A stretch of DNA of 64,000 nucleotides from Lama glama (Eukaryota), in the NCBI GenBank assembly GCA_028534125.1, contig CM052817.1, positions 93,684,001 to 93,748,000 on the forward strand, written 5' to 3'. The position numbers were made by a program, and so were the translations under genes. How positions within the stretch are numbered: position 1 is the first letter of the stretch; the number at the start of each line of letters is the position of its first letter. Shown here piece by piece: positions 1 to 13,620 of the stretch. The notes below the pieces were generated by a model that saw nothing but the letters and a program-made list of their open reading frames with translations, had not been told where the DNA came from and did no database searches.

Positions 1-1039
1 AATACAAAATGGGACGTTCTTAGAAGGCAATCCAGACCTTCACAAATGGCTCTACCAAAAAGGATTGCACATGTATGATTCCTTCATGGAGACTCAAGCT
101 ATTACCACCAAAAAGTTTCCATGTAAATTGTCCAAGAGTATTTGATTGGCTGTATGACGGAGCTACACGTACGACAATACCCTCAGACTGGAGATGAGTC
201 TAGGTGAACGACTGAAGCCCACTGCAAAAATTCCTCCCCCTCCTCACCCACTCCTCCTTAGGCAAAAGAGCTGCACTACCAGTAATTCCCAAATGAGCCC
301 AACAATCACAAAACTTAGAGAGGCCTGAGAATTTACAGGAGTGGCAGAAAGGCAGTCTGGTAATTTAAAAATTTAAAAAGTTGATCATTTTAAATTATGA
401 TTTTGTATATACCATCAATGTTTCATTGCCTTTCCCCAAGTCTTCAGAGACACTGTTTTTGAAAAGGCATCCTTGATATTTAGCCACAGCCATTTCAGCT
501 GGAAATGAAGAGCCAAAATGTATTTGATTAAATATACCCTGGTCACATGATTCCTACAAAAGAAAAAAGACACGTCCTTATTACTAATTATTGGGCAAAA
601 TTATAATTGGACTAAATTGGCATTAGACTAGAAAAGAAAGCAGTAGCCAGAGTGATAATCCAGACCTCAAAGGGTCAGTTTGAACACTGCATGCTGGTTA
701 TATATTAATAAAAGGGGATAAATCAAAGAACATATGTGTGACTTTGAACATTTCTAAAATTTAATACATTTTAAACTGCTGCCAAAAAAGGGGGATATTT
801 ATTTTCTCTGACATTACTCCCTGATTCAGACTTAAGTACGTCTTCCATAATTCTGAAAGGCATAGCAGTGAGTGATATATCAAAGGAATGCTGTGGCTTC
901 AGGTACGCTGCCTCCCAATTTGACAAGCCACGGCAGTATTACTTAATAAGCAGAAGCTGACTTCTGCCAACACAGTCCTCTACTTGCCTGAGACAAGGAA
1001 ATATATAGTACTTTACAAGAAGAACATTTGAATATTTAC

Positions 1040-1060
1040 CATTTTATAGATCCTCCCTGA
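1040..1060 (-). CDS. Candidate 21-nt micro-exon (TCAGGGAGGATCTATAAAATG)
   Basis: Strong acceptor TTTTTTCTCTTCTCTGCAG and donor ATG/GTAAAT. Phase 0 reads SGRIYKM; it could instead be a UTR exon ending in an AAAATG start codon. Confidence 0.4.
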
Positions 1061-3233
1061 CTGCAGAGAAGAGAAAAAAGCCAATTGCACTTTAGAACAA
1101 TCTTTCATTGGGGAGACATTTTTAGTGAGTAATATTTCAAAGGCTGTTCAAGGGTGAAAATAATGTTTTATAAACAATAAATATTTTAGTGACTCCATGG
1201 TGAACATTTCATAGTATGGGTTTTTTATATGGTATATTTCCTTTCACTGAAATTTCACTATCTTTCATCATTTCTAAGAATACAAATGGGTCAAGAGTCC
1301 CTACTAAGCTAAAGTCGTCTTTAAATTTTCACACCAATTATACTTTCCCTAGAATCAAATAGATCTACGTGCAAATGTATCCATAGCATTTAAAAAATAC
1401 TTATCAAGACAACGGACTTACAGTAAGTCAACAAAAATTATCTACTGTCATATGATAGCAAGAGATTAATTGTATAGAACATATGACTTATAAATAGATA
1501 TTAACTTAAAAACTAGATTACTGAAGTTAGCAAAACAAAAACTACAAGGCACAGGTTTACAAATCCCAGGCTTACTTTCAACATTGGTTGCATCTTAACC
1601 CCTAAGCTGTTGATTCAGTTCTCCAAACTCTAGAATCAGGTTGGAAGTGAGACCAGAAATACTTCCAAGACAGTGAGACTGTGGTTTCTAATCCCTGGAT
1701 AGCCCAAAAGGACTTATTAAATTCTCTAAAATGCTGCAGTTTAAATGCTTACATGCTATAAACTAACATTCCAGTTCTCAATTAATGGAAAGTGAAAGTT
1801 AAGACAAGTTTAGGGAGAAAATGGCAAAATCACCAACTGTAGGTTGAGAACTCTGAGTAGGGGAAATGCTGACTCTGATAACCTTGGCTGCCAATTTAAT
1901 AAGCAATATTTAGTCATATCTTGGGTAAAAGCCAAGAAATGAAGTTCAAGTTGAGAACCAGACCAAGAGTTCAGTTGATCCTCAATGGGAGTTGCCCTAA
2001 CACTCACTGGTCAGGACTCAAAATGAGGGCGGGAGTACAGATGAGGTCAAGGAGTAATAAAACACAGGGCAACACCATTCTCATGCACAGGAAAGATCAA
2101 GGATCCTCAAAATATTGTTCATCTTTGACAATTCTTATCAGTCATTCAAAACTTGACTATAGTATAAAATGTGTTTCAAATATTGTATAATGTGCCCCCA
2201 AAACAACTTCAGCTATAAATAATAATCTTCATTTATTCCTCGGTTCCATATGCAATTTAAAATTTGGAAAAATAAACCTTTATTAGGAGAAAATAACTCC
2301 AACAGAGAGAAGATTCTGTATCTACCTCCACTCGCCAGAATTAAAAGTAGGCCATCCAACTCAAGAAAAATTGAAGAGCAGAAAATATTCATTTTGTAGG
2401 AGATATGGGATGATGACTAAGACTTGTTGTTAAGAATAAAGTAGATTTGGAGAAGAAAATCTGCTGTATGGCAAGGTTTTATTTCCTGATCACTGGAAAC
2501 AGTGATGTTTTCAGGAGAAAAAAAAATCTCAGGATTCTTGAGAAAACTGGGAAGAAATAAAGAGTTTTGATACTAGTAAGACTGGAATTTTTTTTTAATT
2601 GAAACTTGTGATGCTAAGAGTTCCTAAGAAAGAATATCAGATAGAAGAAGACGTGAAACTGATCATTGACCAAGAACATGTTCCAGGGCAGACAGAGACT
2701 AAGAGGATTATACCAAAGGACCTATGAAGTTAGAAAGAGGACTTGATTACTCTTATCTATCAATTTTCAATTCATTTCAAAAGGCTTCAAAGGACCTTCT
2801 AAAATACCAAAGCAAAGCTACAATACCAAAGCGAAGAATTAATCAATTAAAAAAAAAACTTGAGAAAGAGAGAAAATAACCATTAAAAATTCAATAAAGC
2901 TCTGATTGGGGTTTGTATACAGAAATGCAGAAGATAAGGTCTTCTAGAGTTGTTTGAGATGCAAACAAAGTCACCTTGAATTTTTCCAGGATTCAGGGCA
3001 AAAATGAACGTGGGGATAGTGAAGTTGCTAATTCTTTCTCTTAGCAGATCGTCCTTCCTCAGCAAAACCCTTGAAGTAAAAACAAAAGCCTTGGTCTAGT
3101 CCAGGTACTCACATGCTCTGAGGGTTCTGCAGGGCAAAGCCAGGCAGGGAGATGACAACCAGAAATAGCAAGAAAGTGGGAGCATGGAGAATACCAGGGC
3201 CAGTTGGTTGCCACATTTAAATTGCTAGGAGTA

Positions 3234-3330
3234 AGGAAGAGGGTATAGTTCACCGGTAGAGTGTGTGCTTAGCATGCACAAGGTCCTGAATTCAATTCCC
3301 ATTACCTCCATTAAAAGAAAAAATTGTAAA
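3234..3330 (+). mobile_element. tRNA-derived SINE (camelid Vic-1-type)
   Basis: GGGTATAGTTCACCGGTAGAGTGTGTGCTTAGCATGCAC..TTCAATTCCC (A and B boxes), A-rich tail, TSD TAAATTGCTAGGA(G/A)TA at 3218-3233 and 3331-3346. Confidence 0.9.
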
Positions 3331-3559
3331 TAAATTGCTAGGAATAGAAGACACCATCCTGGTGAGTAGGAATGAAATGGATGATATTCGCTGAGACATT
3401 CCAAACAGTGTGGGATGTTGTGGGACCCTCAGTCTCCATAATTGTACTCCAGGTCGCATACTTCTTATCCCTGTCAGGTCCACCTCCCCTGCCAGGATAA
3501 CTTTATCCCTGTCCCTATAACAATCTCTACCTTGGCCCCCCATTCTTTGATTCCCTCTC

Positions 3560-4340
3560 CATCCAGTCTGTTCTACCTTGTCCTATGGAATCCCTGTCCC
3601 ACCGTGACAGACTTGACCAAACTTCACTCTGTGCCTCTTTAGCTCAAAGAAATACAACTCTTGCCTGACAGCACAATCCATCCTATTCATCCTTTCATGA
3701 CCCGTGGTCCATGGACCGTCACCAAAGCTTCACTCAGTCTTCTCCAACAGACCCCCTGTCCCTTCCAGAGTATCGTTTCTTTTTATCTTACAGTATTATA
3801 TGCTAGAAAATTTGGTCTTCTGAACATTTTCCTAATTCATTTTCTCACCAGAATGAGCTGTGTAATCAATACTACGTCATCCTCCTTAGCAGCGAGCTGA
3901 AAGCCATTTCCTAGTCACGTATCTCACACCTGCAGCAAGCAATATAATTTGTTTTCTTTATGAATACTGAAATGAGAGCAAGATTCAAACAGGAAACACT
4001 GTAGGACTGCGTACACTTCCCTGAATGCATGATGATATTTCTTGCCTCCATGACTTGGCATGATTTTCTTTTTTTCTGGAATGTTTTCCCATAACATTTT
4101 TATCTGGCAAATATTACTCCTCCAAGAATTCCCTCTTTTCTGCTACACATCCTGAGCCATCTCAGGAAGCCAATGGTCCTCTTTTATGTCACTGCTGTAC
4201 CCTGTATATACACTAATGGGAAAAAAAAACTCACAGCAATTAATTTTCATGTTTATTTGGTATCAACTACTTAGAAGAAGGACTAGTACCTCAAGTGAAG
4301 TTCCCAGTACACTGGCAGACAATAAATACTTGTGAAATTT
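3560..4340 (+). mobile_element. L2 LINE fragments
   Basis: Pyrimidine-rich L2-like 3' sequence, ending near CAATAAATACTTGTGAA. Confidence 0.5.
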
Positions 4341-4469
4341 TCTCAAGTTGCAACCTCTTACCAAAAAAAATATGTTAAAAGTGTTTTCAATAGGCTGTGT
4401 CAAGCTACCTACAGTAATTTAGCCAGTTAGTTTTAAATCAATAAATTATAATTCCCTCAACAGACTTAC

Positions 4470-4491
4470 CCAGACTCCGTTTCGGGGCCAT
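4470..4491 (-). CDS. Candidate coding start of an alternative first exon (MAPKRSL-G/x)
   Basis: Good Kozak context AAAATGG at 4491, 22 coding nt, then a consensus donor TGG/GTAAGT (4464-4469). There are two CpGs in otherwise CpG-poor DNA. Confidence 0.35.
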
Positions 4492-4866
4492 TTTAGAACA
4501 AAAAAAGTCCACAGAATATTTGAAGGGCTAGTGATATTTCTCTATTCAAGTAGCATCAAGTCTTAAGATCTGCATTACTAAACTTCTTAAAGAAGTAGCC
4601 CTAGCTGATGGTATAGAATGGGCCACAATTCAGTTCACACTAAATCATTAAAAAGTCTCACAGTTGTCAGAGGTAAACATTTGAGAGTAAACAAATTCTG
4701 CTTCACATAAATGCCTGTTCATATACAGCTGAGTAATTCTTTAGAAAATAATATGTAACTGCCTCTTTTCCTGTAGAACTATGTTTACAAGTAACTACTA
4801 AATTCTGGTTTCATGCAATTTTAAAAGGCACACAAACTTTCTTTATCTTGCACAACAGGTAGATAG

Positions 4867-5040
4867 CTAAAAAGACAAAGAAGGAAAGAAAGAAGGAAAG
4901 AAGGAAAGAAAAAGAAAGAAACAAACAAACAAACAAAAAAACAAAGAAAGGAAGGAAGGAAGGAAAGAAGGAAAGAAGGAAAGAAAAGAGAAAGAGAGAA
5001 AGAAAAAGAGAAAAGAGCGAAGGAGGAAGGAAGAAAAAAA
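4867..5040 (+). repeat. Purine-rich compound microsatellite (GAAA/GGAA/CAAA)
   Basis: Directly visible tandem units. Confidence 0.95.
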
Positions 5041-8000
5041 GATGACAACTACCATCTACATAACAAAGTGAGCTGATATTTATACATTTAATAATCTTTT
5101 CCACAATGCACTATCTTGTGTATTGTTTTGGAGTTTTATTAAGAAAGTGAGTAACATGTTTAGCTATATTTTGCTGATAAGAGATCTGGTCACCATCAGC
5201 ACCACGCCTTTTCAGGTCAGCTTCTATTTCTTAATATCCTTTTAAGACACAATAGGGCATCTTTTATTGATCCATTAATATATGGCTCAGGTGTGTTGCA
5301 AAGCAGGAGGCACTGCCTAACAGCTTGAGCCAACAAGGTGCCCTGCAAGTAGGTAAAGGATGATCTGGAAGGTCCTGGCCTAAATACAACACAGAGAAAA
5401 ATGTTTCAAAGGTCATTTTTGTTCTCAGAAACTAGAGAAAAATATTCACTATAGAAAATAAATAATACAAGAGGTGAAGTGAAGACAAGACATACAAGAA
5501 GAAAAGAAAGACATATTTTAAAATAAATACAAAAGCCTTTTAATTTTGACTTTCCACTCCCCAGCTTCAACAGTGATTTTATCTGCTGTCTCCCCGCTTC
5601 TTCTGCATCAGCTCCCCACAGGAGCCCTAGCTGCCTTCAACATTTGCTTCCTTTAAAAAGGCTAGGTTGGGGCTTACTGTGCTCTTGATTTAGTGTCAAT
5701 TTAACATTGAAACAATCTTGAAAGAAACCCAGCTCCCCTGCAGGGAACTGCTGGAAAACTGGCAAAAAGGACCAAAGAAGGCATTGTAAATGGTCACCTT
5801 CCATCCCTGCAACAGCCTCCCCAGTGCCTTCAACTTCATTAGAAAAGCCAATTTAGACTTTTTAAATGGCTCCCAATACTGACTTTTCTATCTCAGTGAA
5901 TAGTGAAATTGACCTCTTTGTAAAGCACAGCAAGGGGACAGAAATTAGCCCGGAGGGCCCCCAGCACCTGCCCCCTCACCCACCTCCAGAGACCAGGGGC
6001 CACAGGTCAAGGACCTTTTCCCTGGCATCTGTTTTTAGAAAAGCACACTAAGAAGCCGTTTATACACAACCACTGGGTCTCTTTGTTCACACCACTGTTC
6101 CAAGTTCTGAATGTAATTGTCAGTTATCATAAAGCAGATGCTTCAGTCTGCGATGACCAGCTGACCTGCGGGACTTGACAGAACTAAGAACTCGGCAGGA
6201 ACCATCCGTTTAAACCTGTCACCGCGAGACTATGAAGCTCCAAGCGCATCTCAGCCCTGCAATGTGTCTCATTTCCTTCTCATCGGAACATTATCTTTAG
6301 CTGTAGCTGTCACCACATTTTCTAGCAGACTCTAAGAGCCCAGCGAAAAAACTCAGAGGGGAATGATAGCCCTTCTGACATCAAGACTCGCATGTGATTT
6401 GGAAGCATTCTCAGACGGAGAAAAAGAGCAGTGGGTCCAAAATGCCTCCAGGGGCGGGCTTTTTGTTGCTGTTGTTTGTTAATTTTAGTTTCTTAGGATC
6501 CATATCATAACGCAGCATATGCCACAAGGCCCATGTTTGGAAAACAGATGCTACTAAAAAAATGTCTCCTGATTAATACTGTAAATACTCAAGTTGTACA
6601 TTTAAGCAGGTCCAACCATGATACTCATTTATGAGAATCAGGTAGAGGTAGGAAACCATTGAAGAAAATGTCAGGGCAGGTACCCCGTGTCTCAGAATCA
6701 TTACTAAGACCACAACTACTGACCCATCGACGATCCAGACTTAGAAACACAATCTCAGCACCCTAGTCACCCGACTCAGATAACCTCATCCATCATATGA
6801 CTACTGAGTGCTCTGCTTGCCTTTTCTCCTCTCTACACTTCCTCAGGCTAACGCAGGAAAACAGAGACTGCGGGATGGGTACTTAGCAACTAGAAAACCC
6901 CTTGACTACTGACCTTGGATTACAAAGAGCCCCTTGCATATGCTTTCCCTTGGAGGATCTGTGTGGAGCTCCACATTAAGAAATGCTGGGGAGAATGAGA
7001 AGGCTTGAGGTCCACCTCCCACTCTGCCCCTCCCCGGGCAGGCAGGTGTCACTTTCCTGGGCCCCACTGTCTCCTCTGAAATGAAGGGAATGGATAAGAG
7101 AAACTGAGAGCTTTTTCAGCTTACAACTGATGAATTACTCAGTGCTCTCAAAACGGATCAAGACTGGATCTTTACACAGAACAGAAACCTTAGCTATGAG
7201 CTGAGCTTTCTCTGTCCCACTAAAGACCTCTATTCAGAAGCCACAGTTGGGACAAATCAGGTTAGGTTCTCATCTGCCTTACTGTTACTTCAAGTAGATC
7301 ACTAGAAACAAGCAAAGAATACTGAAAGATAAATAAATATTGAAGGCAAAAAACAATACAGAATATTAACAGGAAGCATCCCTTCCACCATTTCATCATT
7401 CACTTCCTTTGATTTGCTAACAGGTTTACAGTGAACCTAAAAAAATGTTCTCAGATTAAATTTACCAAAATGTTCTCTGACTCAAATATTTAGCATTCTT
7501 AAAAAATATATTTGCTTTTACTACATGCACAGGGATACCAGCTGAGGTCTCTCAGGAATATATTTCTCTCTACTAGGGCAAAATCTTAAGAAACAACCAC
7601 TTTCTTATTTAAAAATGAACTACATTTTACTATTGGTCCAGTAATAAAATAGGGTCTTGGGGAAGGGATGTGTGTGACTAATTCTATGGTACTTAGAACA
7701 CCTTCATCGTCTGCTTTTTTTTTTTTCATTGTTAAACAACACTTACACCTCTGCAATAAAAATCATCAAATTATCTATCTATCATTACTTGACAAAATAA
7801 TCTCCTTTGTGAAGACATCAAAATCACTGACACTATTTCAGGATTTTACAAAGATACAAAGTTCTGAAATTGAGGTCCAACAATGAATCAGGAAACTGAA
7901 GAGTCCCAGATATGGAGCTAGTTCTCAAACAGCGCTGTCAGCCTTGAAGTATGTGTTCTGTTAGTCAGGAAGCCCAAAACAAAGGATTCTGCCAAACTTA

Positions 8001-8895
8001 ATAGCTATTTTGCTTCCCTAAAAATAAATCTTAAAAAAATTAATATATTGAAATAAGTTTTAATAATGCTGAAAACATTCTTTCCCATGCAAAAGATCTG
8101 AATGTCTTAGTTCTTAATGTGTTTTTAAGCAAAGGATCAGGTATAATGCAGCTGTCACTTCCTTATGCAATTACCTGTAAATTGATAGCTTACTTTTAAA
8201 ATACCATGCACTAGTCTATGATTGGAAATAACTATGATTGGTTGAAGGAAAAATAAGACGCTGTATCATGTTGTTAGCAGCATGCCTCAAAGGCAGGAGC
8301 CTAGCCAACACGTATGATTTAATAAGCTATGCAATAGAATTTAAATCAGTTATATAATACTCATTAAGACAACTACAGAGAACTAAGTTACCCATCCATA
8401 GTGCCAACTGCAACCCAATCTTAATTGGCCAGTAGAGGTCTCAGTGGTAATATATGTCATTCACACAAATGAAGGCAATATTTATCAGGATGTTAGCGTG
8501 AAAGGGATGGGATGGCCTGGAAGAACTAAAACCCAGATGCTGCCATTCAGGTCAGAGGTCAAGTTCCAGGAGAGCAAGCTGGGACTATGAGCACTAGCTA
8601 GGTGCCCTGGATCAAGCAGGAAAATGCTGAGTATTGAAGGAGTGAAAAGATTAGCAAAGAGTCTAGAAGACAGTGTTTAGGGTTGAGAAAGTCAGATGGT
8701 GACGCTGGCCTAAAGAATGAACTTAAAGTACATCCTGATCCTAAAACAGGTTGTTTCCTCTCGGCCCTGTTCCACGTCTTCTAAGAGAGAGGGTGTCCCT
8801 GGGCTTACTAGCACTTATGATGGTCTTGAGCCCTTACTTTGCTTTTTACTCCACCAGGACTCTTACGTATTTCTTCAGTGCTGAACTACCTTTGT

Positions 8896-8987
8896 TTCCT
8901 TTTTTAATGAAGGTCCTGGGGATTGAACCCAGGACCTTGTGCATGCTAAGCACACACTCTACCACTGAGCTATATACCCTCACCCCC
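8896..8987 (-). mobile_element. tRNA-derived SINE (Vic-1-type)
   Basis: GGGATTGAACCCAGGACCTTGTGCATGCTAAGCACACACTCTACCACTGAGCTATA; imperfect TSD AACTACCTTTGT / AACTCCCTCTGT. Confidence 0.9.
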
Positions 8988-10464
8988 AACTCCCTCTGTC
9001 TCACCATCAGCTACTTCTTATAGAGCTCTCTGAACATTCCAAAACTAGGCAACACACAGTCATCCACTTTGGTGCCTGTCAATCCACCACCCCTTTGCCA
9101 GCCAGCCAATTGAGGGTCCCGGTGAGGGGGCAGATTGGATAACACCAAGGATATCCAAGCGAAAGTAGTTTTATAGTTCCAGTTTCTTACTGTAAAGTTA
9201 CATATTCTATCCCCTCCCTTTGTATGTCTTACTTGTTTATATAAAAGTACTTTCCTCCATCAAGGAAGTGGATACAATCTCAATGTGCAGCCCAGCATAC
9301 GCCATTATATGCATTCATTCTTAGAACAGAAAGTCAGAGAGAGTGAAACACAACAGGGACGTTGGCAAGCTTTCACTTTCTTTTAGTTTAAAAATATGTC
9401 AGTTATAGTTTATTATCCCAATGATAAATTTAAAAAAAAAACTTCTTGGAATCACATCTTATGTGTGTAATGTTGATATCAGTTATAAGCAGCCTGAGTT
9501 ATGTTGTTATTAAATTATCTTATACCATGCTTAATAATTTCCAGGAAAAGGAGACATTTAAATGATAGACTTCTAATGAAAAGACATTTGTGATGCAACA
9601 TAGGGCAAGCAACCCCAAGATCACCCTTCCCGCTGAAACCGTTAAATTTTCCTCAACCCACACCAATGCCACCAACTTCACTCCTAGAAAACCTGCCTAA
9701 ATTTATGGAGCGGCCATTAATAAAAAAGAAAGCAGCTGGTATCAACTGTGAAAATGAATTATACATATTAGCATATAAATCTAAATAATACTCTAACAAA
9801 ATAGGTAAGCCAAGTTTATTGTTTCTGGGAGTAGGTTTTAATCACATGACAATGTTCTGTTCATCTTCTAAAAATCCCATACAATTAGATAAAATTATCG
9901 ATTTCAACTGGAAAAGGTTTGGACAGCATATTCTTAGTGAGCTTTTCTATAGGATTAAATGACAGAAGCTAATTGCTTTTCACTAATTTATGTGGTCAGA
10001 GCCTATCCTAGGAACCTACAAGAAAAACAGGAAACAAAGGTCAGAGATATGCAAAGACTGGAAGAAAATGCATCCATCAGATTTCTCAGTATCATGACTT
10101 AAATATATTCAGATCCCCAAACTGGAGACAAGTGTAAATCCCAGGCCACTAGGCTTGGGCAAAAGTTCTTATATAGGGACGAGGCATTATTAATCACTTT
10201 CTAGGCACTGACTTACTTAAGCCCCCTTTTTTTCCTTCTCCATTCATATACAAATACTAATAACATTCTTATGAGATAAACTCAGATTTTTAAAGATTTT
10301 ATTTGGGAATTTCAAATTCCCAGAAAGCTGAATAGTTAACAAAATAAAGGGCTACATATGTTAAGGCTGGGTTCTCAGAATGTGACATGTGCTTGAATTT
10401 ACAAAGAGTAGTGCATGATGATTGGCTGTTAAAATTCTGATCTGTTTATAAGACACACAGGCTA

Positions 10465-11545
10465 ACCTCATAATGGGAGAAAATATTTGCCAGCTATATA
10501 TCTGATAAGAGGTTAATATCCAAAATAGATAAATAATTCATACAACTCAACAGCAAAAAAAGCAAATAATCCAATTTTTAAATGAGCAATGGACCTAAAT
10601 AGATTTTTTTTCCAAAGAAGACAAACAAATGGCCAATAGGTAGATGAAAAGGTATTCAATATCACTAATCATCAGGGAAAAGTAGACCAAAACCACAATA
10701 AGCTATCATCTGATACTTCTTAGGATGGCTTCCATCAAAAAGACAAGAGAGAACAAACGCTAGCCAGGATGTGGAGAAAAGAGTCTTATACACCGTCGGT
10801 GGGAATGTGAATTGGCGCAGCCGTTACGGAAATAATATAATCCCTCAAAAAATTAAAATAGAACTGCCATATGAGATAGCAATCCCCCTTCTGAGTATGT
10901 ACACAATGGAAATGGAATCAATATCTCTAAGAGATACCTGTACTTCCATGTTCACTGAAGCATTATTCATAATAGCCAACCACCCGAATGCTCTTCCATG
11001 AATGGATTTTTTAAATGTGGTATATGTGTGTATATAAATGCATATATATGTATGTGTACACACACACACACACACAACAGAATCTTATCCAGCCACAGAA
11101 ATCCTACCATTTGTGACAATACGGATAATCTGGAGGGCATTATGCTAAGTGAAATAAGCCAGACAGAAAGACAAATATGTATAATATCTCTTATATGTGG
11201 GACCTAAAACAAAAAGGCAATTTCATAGAAACAGAGATAGTGGTCGCCAGGGGCTGGGGGACAGGAAAATGCGGAAATACAGGTCAAGAGGTAAGAACTT
11301 TCAGACATAAGAAGAGTAAGTTCTGAGGCTCTCATGCAGAGCATGATGACTACAGGTAACAATACAGTATTGTATATTTGAAAGTTGGTGAGAGTAGATC
11401 TTAAGCATCCTTACCACCAGGGAAAAAAAAAAGTAGTTAACTATGTGAGGTGATAGATGTATTAACTACTTTCATCTTAGCAATTATTCCACAATGTATG
11501 TGTATATGAAAAATCACATTGTTCACCTTATACATATACTTTGTC
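10465..11545 (+). mobile_element. L1 3' portion (ORF2 end plus 3'UTR, L1MA-like)
   Basis: TGGGAGAAAATATTTGC..TCTGATAAGAGGTTAATATCC; KIELPYEIAIPLL and NLEGIMLSEISQTE are L1 ORF2 C-terminal motifs; typical L1 3'UTR follows. Confidence 0.9.
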
Positions 11546-11789
11546 AAATACTTGGTTTTAATCAGGACAAGCAACCATAGCCATCTTGAAAGGGCAACTG
11601 TCAGCAGGAACACACCCTGTTGCTAAAGAACACAACACAGTTACAGATCTCACAGCTTGAAGAAAAAAAAAAAAGAAAACAGATACAAATATGTTACTTT
11701 GATCAATTTCAAGTCAATAAATTATTCATAAAATATTTTTCATAGAAAAAAGACACAGATGAGCTGAATTTTGAAGCATCTTAGCACTG

Positions 11790-13620
11790 AAAGGATAGGT
11801 CCCCATTTCTCCTTCCAGCACGATTCCTGTCATAACTCTCTCAGATTTCAATATCCAGAGAAATGACTGCTTTTCCTCTCTCAAATGATTTTTTCCTACC
11901 TTATATGGACCACTCATCTCCATTACCAGACTCCCACATCCTGAATCTCTGGATCTCAGCTGCCAGCATCTCATTTCCTCATTTTCCTAACTCACTCCCC
12001 GTCACCAACAATTTGTAGACTTCATCTCAGATCTACTGAGCAGTGCAGCTCCTGGCTAAAACTCCGTGTGTGATCTCTCAGGCCTGAGCCCAGGGGGTTA
12101 CAAAGGCTTTACCTGGCAGGTCTCACTGGGGAAGGCTGCGCTGCCCAACCCAGACTTGACACCTGGCTAACGCATTACAGGCCCTGAGGGGAGCTGCAGT
12201 CAAGGACTCAGGCCTCGGAGCTGAGCCGCACTCCTTGGCACGCTGCACTCGTGGCTCAGTCCCTTCATTTGGAGGCCTCTTTACCAGGAACCTTTGACCA
12301 AGACTGTCTTCAGGAACCTTCGTCTAGACCTTCTTACTTGAAGGAGGGGGAGGGAAACACTGCAGATAATTTTCTCTCCTCTGATGCAGTACTTTTTCAC
12401 TCCTAGCCCTTCCTTTTGGCCCTTTTACCTGGTCCCGGAATCCATAACCTGCAGGAACCTCTTGTTCGGGGCTCCCTTGGCAGTGAAGTGGTTCTCCACA
12501 TCTATGTTGACCCACTGGACCCTCAGCCAACACTGCCCCATAGGAAGACAGGGACCCCTTGGCGGGTGACTTTCTCTGGATTAGCCTCTTATTTACATTA
12601 TCCCAGTAATGGATGAAAGCTTTGACTGCTCATTTTTATTTTAGCGTATCATTTTAATCAGCTGGGCTGCCAGGTGTCAGCTCTCTCCATCTCAGGTTGG
12701 CCCCCGACACCTACAAGTCACTGTGCTACCATCTCATCAGCATACCTTGTCTCCTCCCCGCCTCACTTCCATTCTTACCCTGCTTTAAACATCATGGCTG
12801 GTCCCAGCCTTCAACCTCCTGCTTACTCCCCAAACTACCTTAACTCTCTTGCACTTCCTCATCTCACTTGGGAAAAGCCATCTCCCCACCTGTACTCCTA
12901 CCTGTGCATTTGAATGTGTCTGGAGAAAATCTCATCACCACGTTGGCTGGTGTCACTTTAGATCCACCTCTGTCCTCAGTAGGCTCTTAAGATAGCCTGA
13001 CAATCATACTATACATCCCTGGGCCATTCATTCTTCCACATGCCTCAAGGACTATCAGACACCTTTGTTCTTGTTAAATGTCTGAAACATTCTCCTCCAT
13101 ACTTCTGTTTCTCTGATGCCCCTGCTTCCCAGTCCAATGAGAAAATATGAGTGATCAGGAGGCATGCAAGCACCCACATCATATCCACCCTATGCCTATA
13201 TATGCCCCATCTGCCCCATCATTATGGGTAAACTCTAAGCCCTTGGCTAAAAGCAATCCTAATTGCACACCAGAACTCAACCCATCTTCTACTCAAGGGC
13301 ATCATTTTAGTACTTCTTCCCTTTTTTCCTATGCAGTTCCACAACTGGGTCTTTTTTTTCAATCACCTGTTACATCTCCCATCTTAAAAAAACAAAACAA
13401 AACGACACTTTCTTCAGTAACCACCCCCCGTCTCTCCCTTCCTCTACATACAACATCTTGATAGATTTGCCAAAACTCTTGGTCCTCAAATTGTCTTTTC
13501 CATCCCTCCTTGGAACCGTTTCAATGAAACTTTTGCCCTCATTATTCTACCACAACTTCTGTTGTTATACCACCAATGACATCCTTGTTGCATAACCAAT
13601 GGCCACGTGACTATGACCTA
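11790..13620 (+). mobile_element. L2 LINE fragments, interrupted by an LTR-like insert
   Basis: GATTTCAATATCCA (endonuclease DFNI motif) and CT-rich L2 ORF2-like sequence on both sides of 12040-12710. Confidence 0.6.
12040..12710 (+). mobile_element. Old ERV-type LTR (family uncertain)
   Basis: GC-richer block interrupting L2, ending ...GGTTGGCCCCCGACA. Confidence 0.45.

Noticed and set aside
4811..5104. Phe/Leu/Ser-rich ORFs
   Set aside because: Translation of a microsatellite.
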